Assembly (NCBI GenBank): GCA_963840335.1
Contig: CAWIYP010000012.1
Coordinates: 218,661-282,660 of the forward strand
Length of the DNA stretch: 64,000 bases
From: an uncultured Chloroflexia bacterium
GTDB lineage: Bacteria; Chloroflexota; Ktedonobacteria; Ktedonobacterales; JADMIN01
Direction of reading: 5' to 3'
Positions 10,552 to 21,051 of the stretch are shown piece by piece; the first letter of the stretch is position 1; every line of letters starts with the position of its first letter. A program made the position numbers and the translations under genes. The notes beneath the pieces were generated by a model. That model was not told where the DNA came from. It made no database searches and was given only the letters and a program-made list of their open reading frames with translations.

Positions 10552-11556
10552 CTAGCTGGTGGCAGGCGCAGGCCCACGCCGCAGCGCCAGCGCCTGCGGA
10601 CGGATGCTCACCTCGAAGCGGGTAGACCGCGTGATCTCGCCATCTTCCTGCGAATAGACCGGCGTGCTCGACTCCATCGTGATATGATGGCACCGGACGA
10701 TGGTTACTTCTGGCTCGTTCAGGTGCTCCCCACGCTCGACCACTGGCAGCAGCCGCAGCGCCCGCAGCATCTTGGGCTTCGTGATAATGCACACGTCGAA
10801 GAGGCCATCCTGCGGCTGCGCGCCAGGATTGATCTGGAAGCCACCGCCATACGCGGGCCCGATGCTCACGGCGACCAGCACCAGGTCGCGATGGATCGCT
10901 TCGGCATCATCCCATTGAACCGTCAGCGTGGGGCAGGCCTTGTCATAGTGGAAGAATAGCTCCGAGAGCGCGGAGGTCATATAGAGCGCCTGCCCTCTGA
11001 TTCCGTAGCGCTTAATGCGCTCCGACGCGACCGAGACGTTCGCGTCGAGTCCCACACTGATCGCGTTCACGAAGTAGCGACCGTTGAGAACGCCGACATC
11101 CATCCACTCGATCGGCCCGTTGATCGCAAGGTCGAGCGCACGCTTGAAATCAGTTGGAGCATACGCCACATAGGTTGCGTAATCGTTGCCGTTCCCGGCG
11201 GGCACGACGCCGAAGGGAACCGCGACGCCTGAGGAGAGGATCCCTTCAGCCGCCTCATGGATGACACCGTCACCACCGACCGCGACCACCGGGCGTCCCG
11301 CGCGCGCCGCATCCGCCGCGATCAGCGTCGCGTCGCCGGGCCGCGCGGTCAGCGTCAGCTCGCCACGCCCACCAACGAGCGCCTTTTCTAGCGCACGCTT
11401 GAGTTTGGCGGCTCGTCCACCATTACTGGCGGGATTCAGGATCACGACTGGCAGCGCGTCGGGACTCGACGCGACAGTAGGCGCGGGCGACGTCTGCGTC
11501 GCGGTCTCTGGCTCGCGCATGGAGCGGGTCTCCTCAAACGCCAGCGCCGACTTCAA
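10552..11556 (-). CDS. Diacylglycerol/lipid kinase family protein (YegS-like)
   Basis: 334-aa ORF. Motifs VILNPASNGGRA and VVAVGGDGVIHEAAEG are present. The start codon is uncertain because several in-frame Met codons occur. Confidence 0.8.
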   Translation of the reverse strand: MKSALAFEETRSMREPETATQTSPAPTVASSPDALPVVILNPASNGGRAAKLKRALEKALVGGRGELTLTARPGDATLIAADAARAGRPVVAVGGDGVIHEAAEGILSSGVAVPFGVVPAGNGNDYATYVAYAPTDFKRALDLAINGPIEWMDVGVLNGRYFVNAISVGLDANVSVASERIKRYGIRGQALYMTSALSELFFHYDKACPTLTVQWDDAEAIHRDLVLVAVSIGPAYGGGFQINPGAQPQDGLFDVCIITKPKMLRALRLLPVVERGEHLNEPEVTIVRCHHITMESSTPVYSQEDGEITRSTRFEVSIRPQALALRRGPAPATS

Positions 11557-11661
11557 CGCTGGTGGGGGGGGCAGTAATGCGAGCTATTCTAACAGGAAAC
11601 ATGACATTCCGCACGAGCCACTTTTGCGCCACGCCAGCGTGAAGAGGCGCCGCCTGGCTGC

Positions 11662-13362
11662 TCAGAAGCGGCGCTTCTCACGCTGCTCACCGAAGACAGC
11701 GCGCAGCGTATCGCTAATCTCGCCAAGCGTCGCATAAACCTCCACCGCCGCCAGGATGCGTGGCATGAGATTCTCGGAGCCACGAGCAGCCGACTCCAGC
11801 GCGGCCAGTGTCGCGCCGACGGCGGCGTTGTCGCGCCGCGCCCGCAACTCCGCCACGCGCTGCGCCTGACGTCGCCCAGCCTCTGGGTCAACCTTCAGGA
11901 TGGGCGGTAGCTTTGTCTCTGCCGTCTGGAACTTGTTCACTCCAACAACGATGCGGCGTTGCCCATCCAAATCACGCTGGTAGCGATACGCCGCTTCCTC
12001 GATTTCGCGCTGGATGTAACCCTGCTCCACCGCGCGCACGCTGCCCCCCAGCGCATCAATCTGCTCGATGTATTCCCATGCGCGGCGCTCCAGATCGTTC
12101 GTCAGCGATTCAACGTAGTACGAGCCTGCCAGCGGATCAATGGTATCGGCCACGCCCGTCTCGTAGGCCAGCACCTGCTGTGTGCGCAGGGCCAGCAGCG
12201 CGGATTCCTCTGTCGGCAGCGAGAGCGCCTCGTCCTTGGCGTTCGTGTGTAGCGATTGCGTGCCACCCAGCGCCGCCGCCATCGCCTGGTACGCCGTCCG
12301 CATGATATTGTTGTCGGGCTGTTGCGCTGTTAGCGTCGAGCCTGCCGTCTGGGTATGGAAGCGCAGCATCAGCGAGCGATCTTCCTTCGCGTGGAAGCGC
12401 TCTCGCATGATGCGCGCCCACATGCGCCGCGCCGCCCGGAACTTGGCGACTTCCTCAAAAAAGAGATTGTGCGAATTGAAGAAGAATGAGAGCTGTCCCG
12501 CGAATCCATCTACATCGAGGCCCGCATCAATGGCCGCCTGCACGTAGGCGATGCCGTTGGCCAGCGTGAAGCCGATCTCCTGCGCCGCCGTCGCGCCCGC
12601 CTCGCGGATGTGGTAGCCGCTGATGCTGATCGTATTCCAGCGCGGAATCTCGTCGGCGCAGTAGCGGAAGAGGTCAGTGATGACACGCATCGAAGGCGCG
12701 GGCGGAAAGATATACGTCCCGCGGGCGATATATTCTTTGAGGATGTCGTTCTGCACGGTGCCGGAGAGCTTGCGCGTGTCGGCGCCTTGCTCGTGCGCGA
12801 CCGCGACATAGAGCGCCAGCAAGATGGCAGCGGTCGCGTTGATCGTCATCGAGGTGGTGATGCGCTCCAGAGGGATATCCGCGAAGAGCGTCCGCATGTC
12901 CTCCAGGCTGGAGATCGAGACGCCGACCTTGCCCACCTCGCCCTCGGCCAGAACGTGGTCAGCATCGTAGCCCATCTGTGTAGGCAAGTCGAAGGCGACT
13001 GAGAGGCCAGAGCCACCCTGCTCTAGCAGATAGCGATAGCGGCGATTCGACTCCTCGGCGGTGGCATAGCCCGCGTACTGGCGCATCGTCCACAGACGCC
13101 CACGATACATCGTCGGCTGAATGCCTCGCGTGAAGGGATATTCGCCCGGGAACCCCAACGCCTCCGCTGGCTGCCACTCGGCCAGGTCGGCCTCGGTGTA
13201 GAGGGGCTGCGTCTCGATCTCAGAACTGGTGGTAAAGCGCGGCTCTCGCTCGCCCGCGCGCTCAACGGCGCGGCGATACGGCCCATCACGCCAGCGCTCG
13301 GCCTCTGCCCGGGCCTCGTCACGCGCCGCTGTATGGTCACGCTTGGTGGCGTCATCGCTCAT
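11662..13362 (-). CDS. Methylmalonyl-CoA mutase family, large catalytic (TIM-barrel) subunit
   Basis: 566-aa [31 protein letters not shown] and [12 protein letters not shown] are canonical. No B12-binding small subunit is adjacent in the window. Confidence 0.9.
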   Translation of the reverse strand: MSDDATKRDHTAARDEARAEAERWRDGPYRRAVERAGEREPRFTTSSEIETQPLYTEADLAEWQPAEALGFPGEYPFTRGIQPTMYRGRLWTMRQYAGYATAEESNRRYRYLLEQGGSGLSVAFDLPTQMGYDADHVLAEGEVGKVGVSISSLEDMRTLFADIPLERITTSMTINATAAILLALYVAVAHEQGADTRKLSGTVQNDILKEYIARGTYIFPPAPSMRVITDLFRYCADEIPRWNTISISGYHIREAGATAAQEIGFTLANGIAYVQAAIDAGLDVDGFAGQLSFFFNSHNLFFEEVAKFRAARRMWARIMRERFHAKEDRSLMLRFHTQTAGSTLTAQQPDNNIMRTAYQAMAAALGGTQSLHTNAKDEALSLPTEESALLALRTQQVLAYETGVADTIDPLAGSYYVESLTNDLERRAWEYIEQIDALGGSVRAVEQGYIQREIEEAAYRYQRDLDGQRRIVVGVNKFQTAETKLPPILKVDPEAGRRQAQRVAELRARRDNAAVGATLAALESAARGSENLMPRILAAVEVYATLGEISDTLRAVFGEQREKRRF

Positions 13363-13786
13363 TGGGGCGTCTCCTCCTCGATCATCATTGATCCGCGAGC
13401 TGCGCAGGCGGCAGGCCAGATGGAGCCTGCGGTCATGGCACAGCGTAACACGCCATGACCGCCAGCGCCAACCAGCGTCACGACGCGCGGCGAGCCATCA
13501 CCAGCAAGCGAGTACGCGGCGAAAGTGTGACCGCAGACACTGACTTTTCGATTGGCCCCTGCTATGCTTTGTATAGCTACGGGTGAGGCGCCTGTGTCAC
13601 GCGCGTAGCTGAGACCGTCCTGAGAGCGGCTAATGCGAGTGCAACCCGAATCCGACATGGCGCGTACACAGTAAGTAAAGCGGTGAGCGCGCGACACTCA
13701 GGCATACGCGCTCATCGTCGCCGGTGGCGCCAGGCCCAGCCTATGGGCCGCTGCCACTGAGCGTACAAGCATGAAGGAGGCGCCGG

Positions 13787-14500
13787 GTGGGACGCGATGC
13801 GGCCGCACTGGACGCTACAAAAATTCTGGCTCGCTCCGTTCCACGGAGTCGAACGGAAGGCGCTAGCGCCATTCACAACGCTGATCTCTCCGAAGACACT
13901 GGACTGGTTCGCCGTGCGCTCCAAGGTGACCAGCAGGCCTTCGCCACGATTGTGGAAAAATATAAAGATCCCGTCTTCAACGTCGCATATCGTATGCTCG
14001 GCAATCCAACCGAGGCCGAAGATGTGGCGCAGGAGACGTTTGTGCGCGCGTACACGCAATTACGCACCTATCAAGAGGGGCGGCGCTTCAGCACATGGCT
14101 GCTCTCCATCGCCTCGCACCTCTCGATAGACCAGCTACGCCGCCGCCGCTTCCTGGCGCTGCCGCTGGAAAACGCTCCCTTCCTCGAATGGATCGCCGAC
14201 CTCGGCGCTGGCCCTGAGCAGGCAGCGCTCCAACTCGAAGCGTCCGACGAGATGCAGAAGGTATTGAGCGTGCTTCCGCCGAAGTACCGCACGGTGCTTA
14301 TCTTGCGCTACTGGTACGATCTCTCCTACGAAGAGATCGCCGAGATGCTCGGGCTGACCTCCGCGCTCGTGAAAGCGCGGCTCCATCGCGCGCGTGAACT
14401 GGTCGCCCGCACCCTCAAAGCGCAAGGTCTCGACATGACACTCGCCAGCGAGGATACCCATGAGTCACATCGCCAGCCGGCTGCGGGAGGCCGCAACTAG
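13787..14500 (+). CDS. ECF-type RNA polymerase sigma factor
   Basis: Region 2 is FATIVEKYKDPVFNVAYRMLGNPTEAEDVAQETFVRAY. Region 4 is LRYWYDLSYEEIAEMLGLTSALVKARLHRAR. The GTG start at 13787 is uncertain. Confidence 0.8.
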   Translation: MGRDAAALDATKILARSVPRSRTEGASAIHNADLSEDTGLVRRALQGDQQAFATIVEKYKDPVFNVAYRMLGNPTEAEDVAQETFVRAYTQLRTYQEGRRFSTWLLSIASHLSIDQLRRRRFLALPLENAPFLEWIADLGAGPEQAALQLEASDEMQKVLSVLPPKYRTVLILRYWYDLSYEEIAEMLGLTSALVKARLHRARELVARTLKAQGLDMTLASEDTHESHRQPAAGGRN

Positions 14501-15077
14501 GCGCCGTGTGATGGACGCCGTTGTGGATACCTCGCGACCGCACATCACCCACCGCTCCACATCGGCCCAACTCGCGCCCCACAGCGCCGACCAATGGGCT
14601 TCCGCTGTGGGCGCAGAGTTGCTCGCCCCGCTTGCCTTCGAGGAGCGTCGTTCCTCGCCACCTGCCCTGCGTGTGGTCGCGCCACCGCGCACCTCCACCG
14701 ACTTCACGGCGCAGGTCATGGCGCGAGTCGCCTCCATGCCACCGGAACCCGACCCACGCGAGCAACGCGCGCGGGTGCGTCGGGCGCACATGCGCCGCTT
14801 CGCGCGCATCTACCTCATGCTGGTCATTGTAAGCGGTGCCGCATTGGTCGCGCTCGCCTTCTATGCCCCATGGGCGCCGGTGAAGGCCCTCGCGAGTGTC
14901 ATCAGCGCGACATTGGTCGTCGTCACACTGGCCTCGTTTGTCAGCAACGCGACCGATGGCCTCGTGAGCGGCTTCGGTGTCGCCTGGGTGGTCATGCTGG
15001 CCGCGCTGGCGCCCGCGCTTTTCCTGGTGACCCGCCGAACCACACGCAAGCGTGGCGCCCGGCCACAGAGACGGTGA
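14460..15077 (+). CDS. Putative membrane anti-sigma factor
   Basis: 205-aa ORF overlapping the sigma gene by 41 nt. It has TDFTAQVMARVASMP followed by two or three predicted TM helices (IYLMLVIVSGAALVALAFY...). The call rests on position and architecture only. Confidence 0.45.
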   Translation: MSHIASRLREAATRRRVMDAVVDTSRPHITHRSTSAQLAPHSADQWASAVGAELLAPLAFEERRSSPPALRVVAPPRTSTDFTAQVMARVASMPPEPDPREQRARVRRAHMRRFARIYLMLVIVSGAALVALAFYAPWAPVKALASVISATLVVVTLASFVSNATDGLVSGFGVAWVVMLAALAPALFLVTRRTTRKRGARPQRR

Positions 15078-16221
15078 TCGCGCCATGAGATCGTTGATGC
15101 CTCCAGATGAGGCGCTCATGCCGCACATTCCGCGACACGAAGGCTGGAGCGCCACACCCCCACCCCCGACATCAGATAGACGCAGGCGCGCCATCTCGGC
15201 GCTGCTGGCGCTCGTCGGCATGCTCATCTGGGCCATAGCCGCCGCGCCGCAAATCGTCTCGCTCGCGCCGCAGGGCGCCAGCCTGCCGCTCATCACGACG
15301 CACTGGATCAGCAACCTCACCGCCTTCACCCATAGCGGGCAGCCAGTTGGCGCGATGAATGGCAACGCGGGAGCCGCACAGGCTTGCTCGACATCGAACG
15401 CCAGCGCCTTTGGCTCTGACTTGCTTGTGCCAGCGAATGAGTGGGTCTGTGGCGATGCGCTGGCTGTCGGTGGCTCGATGACGGTGCGTGGGCGTGTGCA
15501 AGGCGACGCGCAGGCTATTGGGGGCGGCGTCATCGTCTCTGGTGAGGTTGGCGGCGATGTCACAGCGATTGGCGGCGACATCACCGTGCAGCCGGGCGGA
15601 CACGTCCACGGCAAGCTCCAGACCATCGGCGGACACATCATCATCCAGCCGGGAGCCTTTGCCGAGCAGGTCGCCCCAGTGAGCGCCAATCCCCTGTCTG
15701 ACTCCCATTCAACCACTACACCGTTCCATCTGCTCGCGCCTGAGACAAGCTCATTCTGGCTGGGGCTGCTCTTCTGGATCTGCGCCACACTCGGCCTGAC
15801 CGCGTTCGTGCCAGAAGCGGTGGGGCATGTGCGCTATACCATCGCGCATCGCTTCCTGCTGAGCGGCTTCTCTGGCGCGCTCATCGGCGCCATCGGCCTC
15901 CTGCTCGCGGCGGCGCTCTTCCTCACCTGCCTGGGCATCCCCGTGACCGTGGCGATTGGCCTGGCGTTGTGGCTGGCCTGGGTCACTGGCACGGTCGCGT
16001 TTGGTAGCTGGCTTGGCGCCTCGCTGCTGCGTGGGCTGGGAAACCGTGAGCCATCGCTGCTGCTCTCGTCGCTGCTGGGCGTCCTCCTCCTCTCGATGCT
16101 CAAAGCGCTGCCCGTGGCGGGGATTGTCGTCTCGGTCACCGTGGGCTGTGTCGCGCTTGGCGCCGCCACCATTACACTACTCTCGGCGCGGCGTGTCTCC
16201 TACGCTCACCTGCGCTGGTAG
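15052..16221 (+). CDS. Membrane protein with bactofilin-like (polymer-forming, beta-helical) repeats
   Basis: The repeats GDALAVGGSMTVRGRVQGDAQAIGGGVIVSGEVGGDVTAIGGDITVQPGGHVHGKLQTIGGHIII are flanked by an N-terminal TM helix and about four C-terminal TM helices. The start is uncertain (15052 or ATG 15085). Confidence 0.6.
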   Translation: MAPGHRDGDRAMRSLMPPDEALMPHIPRHEGWSATPPPPTSDRRRRAISALLALVGMLIWAIAAAPQIVSLAPQGASLPLITTHWISNLTAFTHSGQPVGAMNGNAGAAQACSTSNASAFGSDLLVPANEWVCGDALAVGGSMTVRGRVQGDAQAIGGGVIVSGEVGGDVTAIGGDITVQPGGHVHGKLQTIGGHIIIQPGAFAEQVAPVSANPLSDSHSTTTPFHLLAPETSSFWLGLLFWICATLGLTAFVPEAVGHVRYTIAHRFLLSGFSGALIGAIGLLLAAALFLTCLGIPVTVAIGLALWLAWVTGTVAFGSWLGASLLRGLGNREPSLLLSSLLGVLLLSMLKALPVAGIVVSVTVGCVALGAATITLLSARRVSYAHLRW

Positions 16222-16345
16222 CGCCGCACGCCTGCAGGTCACCCGCCCGCGAGTCACCGACTGTGCCATACTGCGAGGGAGCGCGTAACCGGCGCGCCCG
16301 GCGCCAGCGAACGCCTACCAGCCAGTATGAAGCGGAGTAGAGAGC

Positions 16346-17674
16346 ATGACAGCGCCATCGCGGCGTGCGTTCGCGGCGGAACGCATCTGGTACGAGGGGC
16401 GATTCCAGCCCGGCCTGGCAATCATCGTCGCGAACGGACGCATCGAGCGAATAGTCCCGCTCGCCGAATTACCCGCCGATCTCGCGATGGAGCGCTTCCC
16501 ACGTCGGCTGCTGCTGCCCGGCTCCATCAACGCCCACAACCACTCGTTCCAGTCACTGCTGCGCGGAGTCGCCGATGACTGCGACTTCTTCACCTGGCGC
16601 GACCGCGCGCTCTATGGCTACACGCCGCGCATGACCGAGGAGGTCATCTACCATGGCGCGCGCTTCGCCTTCGCCGAGATGCTGCGGGCTGGCGTCACGA
16701 CTGTCTGCGACTTCTTTTACATTCACAGCGGCGGCAACGCCAACGATCAGGCTGTCATTCGCGCCGCGCGTGACGTCGGCATCCGCATCACCCTCGCCCG
16801 CACCATGTACGACTGGACCGGCGCGCCACCGCAGTATCAGGAGACGATAGACGAGGCGGTGGGACGCACACGCGAGCTATGGCAGGAGTACCGTGGCGCC
16901 GATGATGTCAGCGTCTGCCCGGCGCCGCACTCGCCCCACGCCGCCAGCCCGGAGATGATCGTCGCAGGTTCGCGGCTGGCGGAGGAGTTGGGAACGCGCT
17001 TCCACATCCACGTCGCGGAGGGCCAGTACGAGCGCGACCAGATCATGAAACAGTCTGGCCTGACGCCGATTCGCTGGCTGGAGTCGCTGGGCGTTGCGCT
17101 CGACCTCGCGACCATCATTCACGGCTGCTGGCTGGAGGACGACGACATCCGCCTGATGGGCGAGCGCGACGTGCGGCTGGTCTACAATCCCGCCAGTAAC
17201 ATGTTCCTCGGCGACGGCGTGACCCGCATCCCAGAGATGCTGGCGGCGGGCGTCAAGGTCGGGCTGGGCAGCGATGGCGGCTGCTCGAACAATCGCGTCT
17301 CAGTCTTCGATGAGATGCGCATGTGCGCGCTGTTGCAGAAGCTGACAGCTCTCGACTCGAACGTGCTGCCAGCGGAGACGGCGCTGGCGATGGGCACGGC
17401 TGGCTCAGCCGATACGCTGGCCATCCCCGCTGGACGCATCGCGCCCAACCACTTCGCGGACTTCACACTGATCGATATGGATGATCCCTCCCTCCAGCCA
17501 CCGTGGCGTTACGAGAAAAATATCGTCTATGCGATGACGCCGCAAGCCATTCGCGAGGTGATCGTCGGTGGGCGCTCCGTCCTACGCGACGACACGCTGC
17601 TGCTCACCCCTTGGACCGAAGTGCTCGGCGGGATGCTGGAGGCGACGCGCGACTGGCCACGCGACCTGGGATGA
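16346..17674 (+). CDS. Amidohydrolase-superfamily deaminase/chlorohydrolase-like protein
   Basis: 442-aa ORF. It has the metal-binding motif LLPGSINAHNHSFQSLLRG, plus HIHVAEG and GLGSDG. Confidence 0.8.
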   Translation: MTAPSRRAFAAERIWYEGRFQPGLAIIVANGRIERIVPLAELPADLAMERFPRRLLLPGSINAHNHSFQSLLRGVADDCDFFTWRDRALYGYTPRMTEEVIYHGARFAFAEMLRAGVTTVCDFFYIHSGGNANDQAVIRAARDVGIRITLARTMYDWTGAPPQYQETIDEAVGRTRELWQEYRGADDVSVCPAPHSPHAASPEMIVAGSRLAEELGTRFHIHVAEGQYERDQIMKQSGLTPIRWLESLGVALDLATIIHGCWLEDDDIRLMGERDVRLVYNPASNMFLGDGVTRIPEMLAAGVKVGLGSDGGCSNNRVSVFDEMRMCALLQKLTALDSNVLPAETALAMGTAGSADTLAIPAGRIAPNHFADFTLIDMDDPSLQPPWRYEKNIVYAMTPQAIREVIVGGRSVLRDDTLLLTPWTEVLGGMLEATRDWPRDLG

Positions 17675-17777
17675 GTGCGGCAGCCCCTACCACGCACGCC
17701 AGCATGCTAGAATACGGCTGTTGAGCCGTTCGGCGTGACGCAGCGGGCGGCGACCATGACGAAGGAGTCATACGACG

Positions 17778-19778
17778 ATGAGCGATACGACACAGCCACC
17801 CGCCGCTACCTCGCCGACCCCCGACAATTGGGAATCGCTGAACGAACCAATCGCCTGGCGCCCCAGCGACGACTACCTCCAGCGCAGCCGACTCCTGCGC
17901 TTCATGCGCCGTCACAACATCGGCGATTACGACGCGCTGCTGCGGCAGGCCAGCGACGATCCCGCGTGGTTCTGGGACGCCGTCTCGGAAGACCTCGGCC
18001 TCGTCTGGCAGCGCCCCTATACGCAGGTGATGGACACCACGAGCGGGCCGCAGTGGACGCGCTGGTATCTGAATGGTCAGTTCAACTACGTCGCCACCGC
18101 GCTCGACCAGCACGCCGAGGGCGCCAGCGCCAGCCGCACAGCGCTCATCTGGGAGGGCGAAGACGGCGAAGTGCGCAGCTTTACCTACGCGGAACTGCTG
18201 GCGCTGACCAACCGTACGGCGAACGCGCTGCGTGCGCTCGGCGTGGGCAAGGGTGATCGCGTCGGCGTCTACATGCCGATGATCCCAGAAGTGGTGGCCG
18301 CGACGCTGGCCTGCGGCAAGCTTGGCGCCATCTACACACCGATCTTCTCGGGCTATGGCGCGGAGGCGGTCGCCGCGCGCCTGCGCGATAGTGGCGCCAA
18401 GCTGCTCATCACCGCCGACGGGTTCTATCGCCGAGGGAAGGTCGTCCCGATGAAGGAGACCGCCGACGCCGCCCTGAGCGCCGCGCCAACCGTGGAGCGT
18501 GCGCTGGTCGTGCGGCGCATCGGTGGCGCGACGCCGTGGGAACCCGCGCGCGATATCGCCTGGGATGAGGCGCTGGCGGCGCAGTCCGACGCCTGTGAGA
18601 CAGCCATCACCGAGGCCGAAGACCCGTACATGCTCATCTACACCTCTGGCACCACGGGACGCCCCAAAGGCGCTGTGCATGTCCACTGTGGCTTCCCCGT
18701 CAAGGGCGCGCAGGACATGGCGCACTGCTTCGACGTGCAGCCTGACGACACGCTCTTCTGGCTCACCGACATGGGCTGGATGATGGGGCCGTGGGCGGTC
18801 AGCGGCGCCCTGATGCTCGGCGCCACCCTGGCGATCTACGAGGGCGCGATAGACTACCCCGACACTGACCGCCTGTGGGACTTCGTTGAGCGACACAAGG
18901 TGACGGTCATGGGCATTTCGCCAACAGTAATCCGCTCGCTGATGACGCTGGGCGACGAACCAGTGCGCAAGCACAATCTCAGCGCGCTGCGCGTCCTCGG
19001 CTCGACGGGCGAGCCGTGGAACTCTGGCCCCTGGCACTGGCTCTTCGAGGTTGTCGGCGGTGGCAAGCTCCCGATCATCAACTACTCCGGTGGCACCGAA
19101 GTCTCCGGTGGCATCGTCGGCTGCACCACCATCACGCCGATCAAACCCTGCTCCTTCTCTGGGCCAGTGCCCGGCATGGCCGCCGATGTCGTGGATGAGC
19201 GTGGCGCCTCAGTGCGCGGACAGGTAGGAGAGCTGGTCATCCGCACGCCCTGGCCTGGCATGACCCGCGGCTTCTGGCAGGATCCCGAGCGCTACGAAGA
19301 AGCCTACTGGACGCGATTCCCAGGGATCTGGACTCACGGCGACTGGGCGGCCATTGATAGCGACGGCTTCTGGTACATCCTGGGCCGCTCGGATGACACC
19401 ATCAAAGTGGCGGGCAAGCGGCTCGGCCCGGCTGAGGTGGAATCCGCCGCTGTGGCGCACCCGCTGGTGAGCGAGGCAGCCGCCATCGGCGCGCCGCATC
19501 CAATCAAGGGCGAGGTCGTAGTCGTCTTCGCGGTGCTGCGCCCTGGTGTCGAGCCGACGGAACAGCTACGCGAGGAGGTGCGCGCGAGTGTAACGAATGC
19601 CCTTGGCCCAGCCCTCAAGCCTGACGCCGTCTACTTTGTCACGCAACTCCCCAAGACGCGCAACGGCAAGGTGCTGCGGCGGCTGATCCGCGCACGGCAT
19701 CTCGGGCAGACCGACCTGGGTGATCTTTCGTCGCTCGAAAGCCCGGAGGCCCTGGAGGCCATCGCCCAAACCCGCTGA
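17778..19778 (+). CDS. AMP-forming acyl-CoA synthetase (acetyl/acetoacetyl-CoA synthetase-like)
   Basis: 666-aa ORF. It has the AMP-binding motif YTSGTTGRPKG, ILGRSDDTIKVAGKRLG and the C-terminal KTRNGKVLRR. Confidence 0.85.
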   Translation: MSDTTQPPAATSPTPDNWESLNEPIAWRPSDDYLQRSRLLRFMRRHNIGDYDALLRQASDDPAWFWDAVSEDLGLVWQRPYTQVMDTTSGPQWTRWYLNGQFNYVATALDQHAEGASASRTALIWEGEDGEVRSFTYAELLALTNRTANALRALGVGKGDRVGVYMPMIPEVVAATLACGKLGAIYTPIFSGYGAEAVAARLRDSGAKLLITADGFYRRGKVVPMKETADAALSAAPTVERALVVRRIGGATPWEPARDIAWDEALAAQSDACETAITEAEDPYMLIYTSGTTGRPKGAVHVHCGFPVKGAQDMAHCFDVQPDDTLFWLTDMGWMMGPWAVSGALMLGATLAIYEGAIDYPDTDRLWDFVERHKVTVMGISPTVIRSLMTLGDEPVRKHNLSALRVLGSTGEPWNSGPWHWLFEVVGGGKLPIINYSGGTEVSGGIVGCTTITPIKPCSFSGPVPGMAADVVDERGASVRGQVGELVIRTPWPGMTRGFWQDPERYEEAYWTRFPGIWTHGDWAAIDSDGFWYILGRSDDTIKVAGKRLGPAEVESAAVAHPLVSEAAAIGAPHPIKGEVVVVFAVLRPGVEPTEQLREEVRASVTNALGPALKPDAVYFVTQLPKTRNGKVLRRLIRARHLGQTDLGDLSSLESPEALEAIAQTR

Positions 19779-19924
19779 AACCACACGCACCGTCCGCCAT
19801 AACGCAATGGCCAAAGTGGCCTCAGCATTGACGCCGTACCCGATGACAGCTACCATGAAACCACTGCATATTTCTGGGGGTTTGATTCGGGTACGACTAT
19901 CTCTATCGCGACGCTACGGCGTCG

Positions 19925-20890
19925 TTGGCATGCTTGGGGTGGGGCGAGGCGATTTCACGATACGCGAGTATTCCCACGTGTCACCGGCGGAAGGTAATTG
20001 AATTGGCAAGCGTCGAAATCCAGACACCCGAAGGCGTCATGCGCGTGCGGCTCGACCGTGATCATTTCACCATCGGGCGTCTCACAACCAATGATATTGC
20101 GTTGCCATTTCCACATATCTCGCGGCATCATGCTGAGCTACGCCGCAACGGTCAGACCTGGTGGGTAGTTGATACGCAAAGCACCAATGGCCTGCATGTC
20201 GGCGCCCAGCGCGTTAATGAGAGTCCCCTCGCGCCCGGCGCTATCGTGATGCTCTCGCCACACGTCTCACTGACCCTGCGCGAAGAGTCGGTTCCCAGCT
20301 ACCCACAATCACAACCGCAGGTTCAACCGCAACCGCCCTTCCACCAGCAGCCCAACTTCCAGTCGCCGCAGCCCAGTTATCCGCAATCATACAGCGCGCC
20401 TTCGCAGGTTCCGATGTCCGCGCCGATTACTCCGCTGCATGAGCTGGGGCCACGCTCACCCTATGCCGATGACGAAGCGCCCTTCTACCCACAGATGCGC
20501 CAACACGACCCGTCGCGCGCGATGCAGCATCTCCCCTATCCACCGCACGCGCCTGCGGCGCCCGTCCCGTTTGACAGGCGCCCTCAGCCTCCTGCGGCGC
20601 CCTCGAACGGTGGCATGAGTGGCGGCATGGTAGACCCACAGCGCCAGATGGCGCAGAGCTTCGATCAGCGGCGCACCGCCTTCGCCCCACCTTCACCCCT
20701 CTTGCATGTCTGCCAGACATGCGGTCAGCGCACAGCGCCCGATGCGGTGTACTGCCAGAACTGCCACCATTCCATCGCCAGTGAGTGCGTGCGCTGCCGC
20801 CTGAGTCTGCTGCCGATCCAGGATCTCTGCCCCCGCTGCCAGACGCCCAATCCCTTCGCCGTGCGCCGCTTCCACCGCGCGGAGCGGTAA
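19925..20890 (+). CDS. FHA-domain protein with a P/Q-rich linker and a C-terminal double zinc ribbon
   Basis: FHA domain: FTIGRLTTNDIALPFPHISRHHAELRRNGQTWWVVDTQSTNGLHVG. The linker is about 130 aa and rich in P, Q and S. C-terminus: CQTCGQRTAPDAVYCQNCHH...CVRCRLSL...CPRCQTPNP. The likely true start is TTG 20003 or ATG 20039. Confidence 0.75.
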   Translation: MACLGWGEAISRYASIPTCHRRKVIELASVEIQTPEGVMRVRLDRDHFTIGRLTTNDIALPFPHISRHHAELRRNGQTWWVVDTQSTNGLHVGAQRVNESPLAPGAIVMLSPHVSLTLREESVPSYPQSQPQVQPQPPFHQQPNFQSPQPSYPQSYSAPSQVPMSAPITPLHELGPRSPYADDEAPFYPQMRQHDPSRAMQHLPYPPHAPAAPVPFDRRPQPPAAPSNGGMSGGMVDPQRQMAQSFDQRRTAFAPPSPLLHVCQTCGQRTAPDAVYCQNCHHSIASECVRCRLSLLPIQDLCPRCQTPNPFAVRRFHRAER

Positions 20891-21051
20891 ACGAGCGCCA
20901 AGACGCACGTCCGCGCCCCCAGAGGTTGACGTCGAGCCTCCGCGCACGACACAATACCGCCGGACATCTCCGCGCGTCTCCGCTATCGCGTGGAACATAC
21001 ACTTCGGACGAATCATGTCTCGACACTATTCACCTTCTGAGGAGGCGTATC

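Noticed and set aside
13640-13790. GCCACTG (13753-13759) and AATCCG upstream of the ECF sigma gene as a possible cobalamin riboswitch near the B12-dependent mutase
   Set aside because: The two elements are ~100 nt apart instead of ~20. The other conserved cobalamin-riboswitch blocks are missing. The strand and context (a sigma factor gene) do not fit.
14415-15788. 457-aa minus-strand ORF
   Set aside because: It runs antisense to the anti-sigma candidate and the bactofilin-repeat gene. It has no motifs and a biased composition. The plus-strand products have clear domain signatures.
17604-19037. 477-aa minus-strand ORF
   Set aside because: It runs antisense to the acyl-CoA synthetase, whose AMP-binding motifs are unambiguous. 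Its R/G/A-rich sequence is typical of shadow ORFs.
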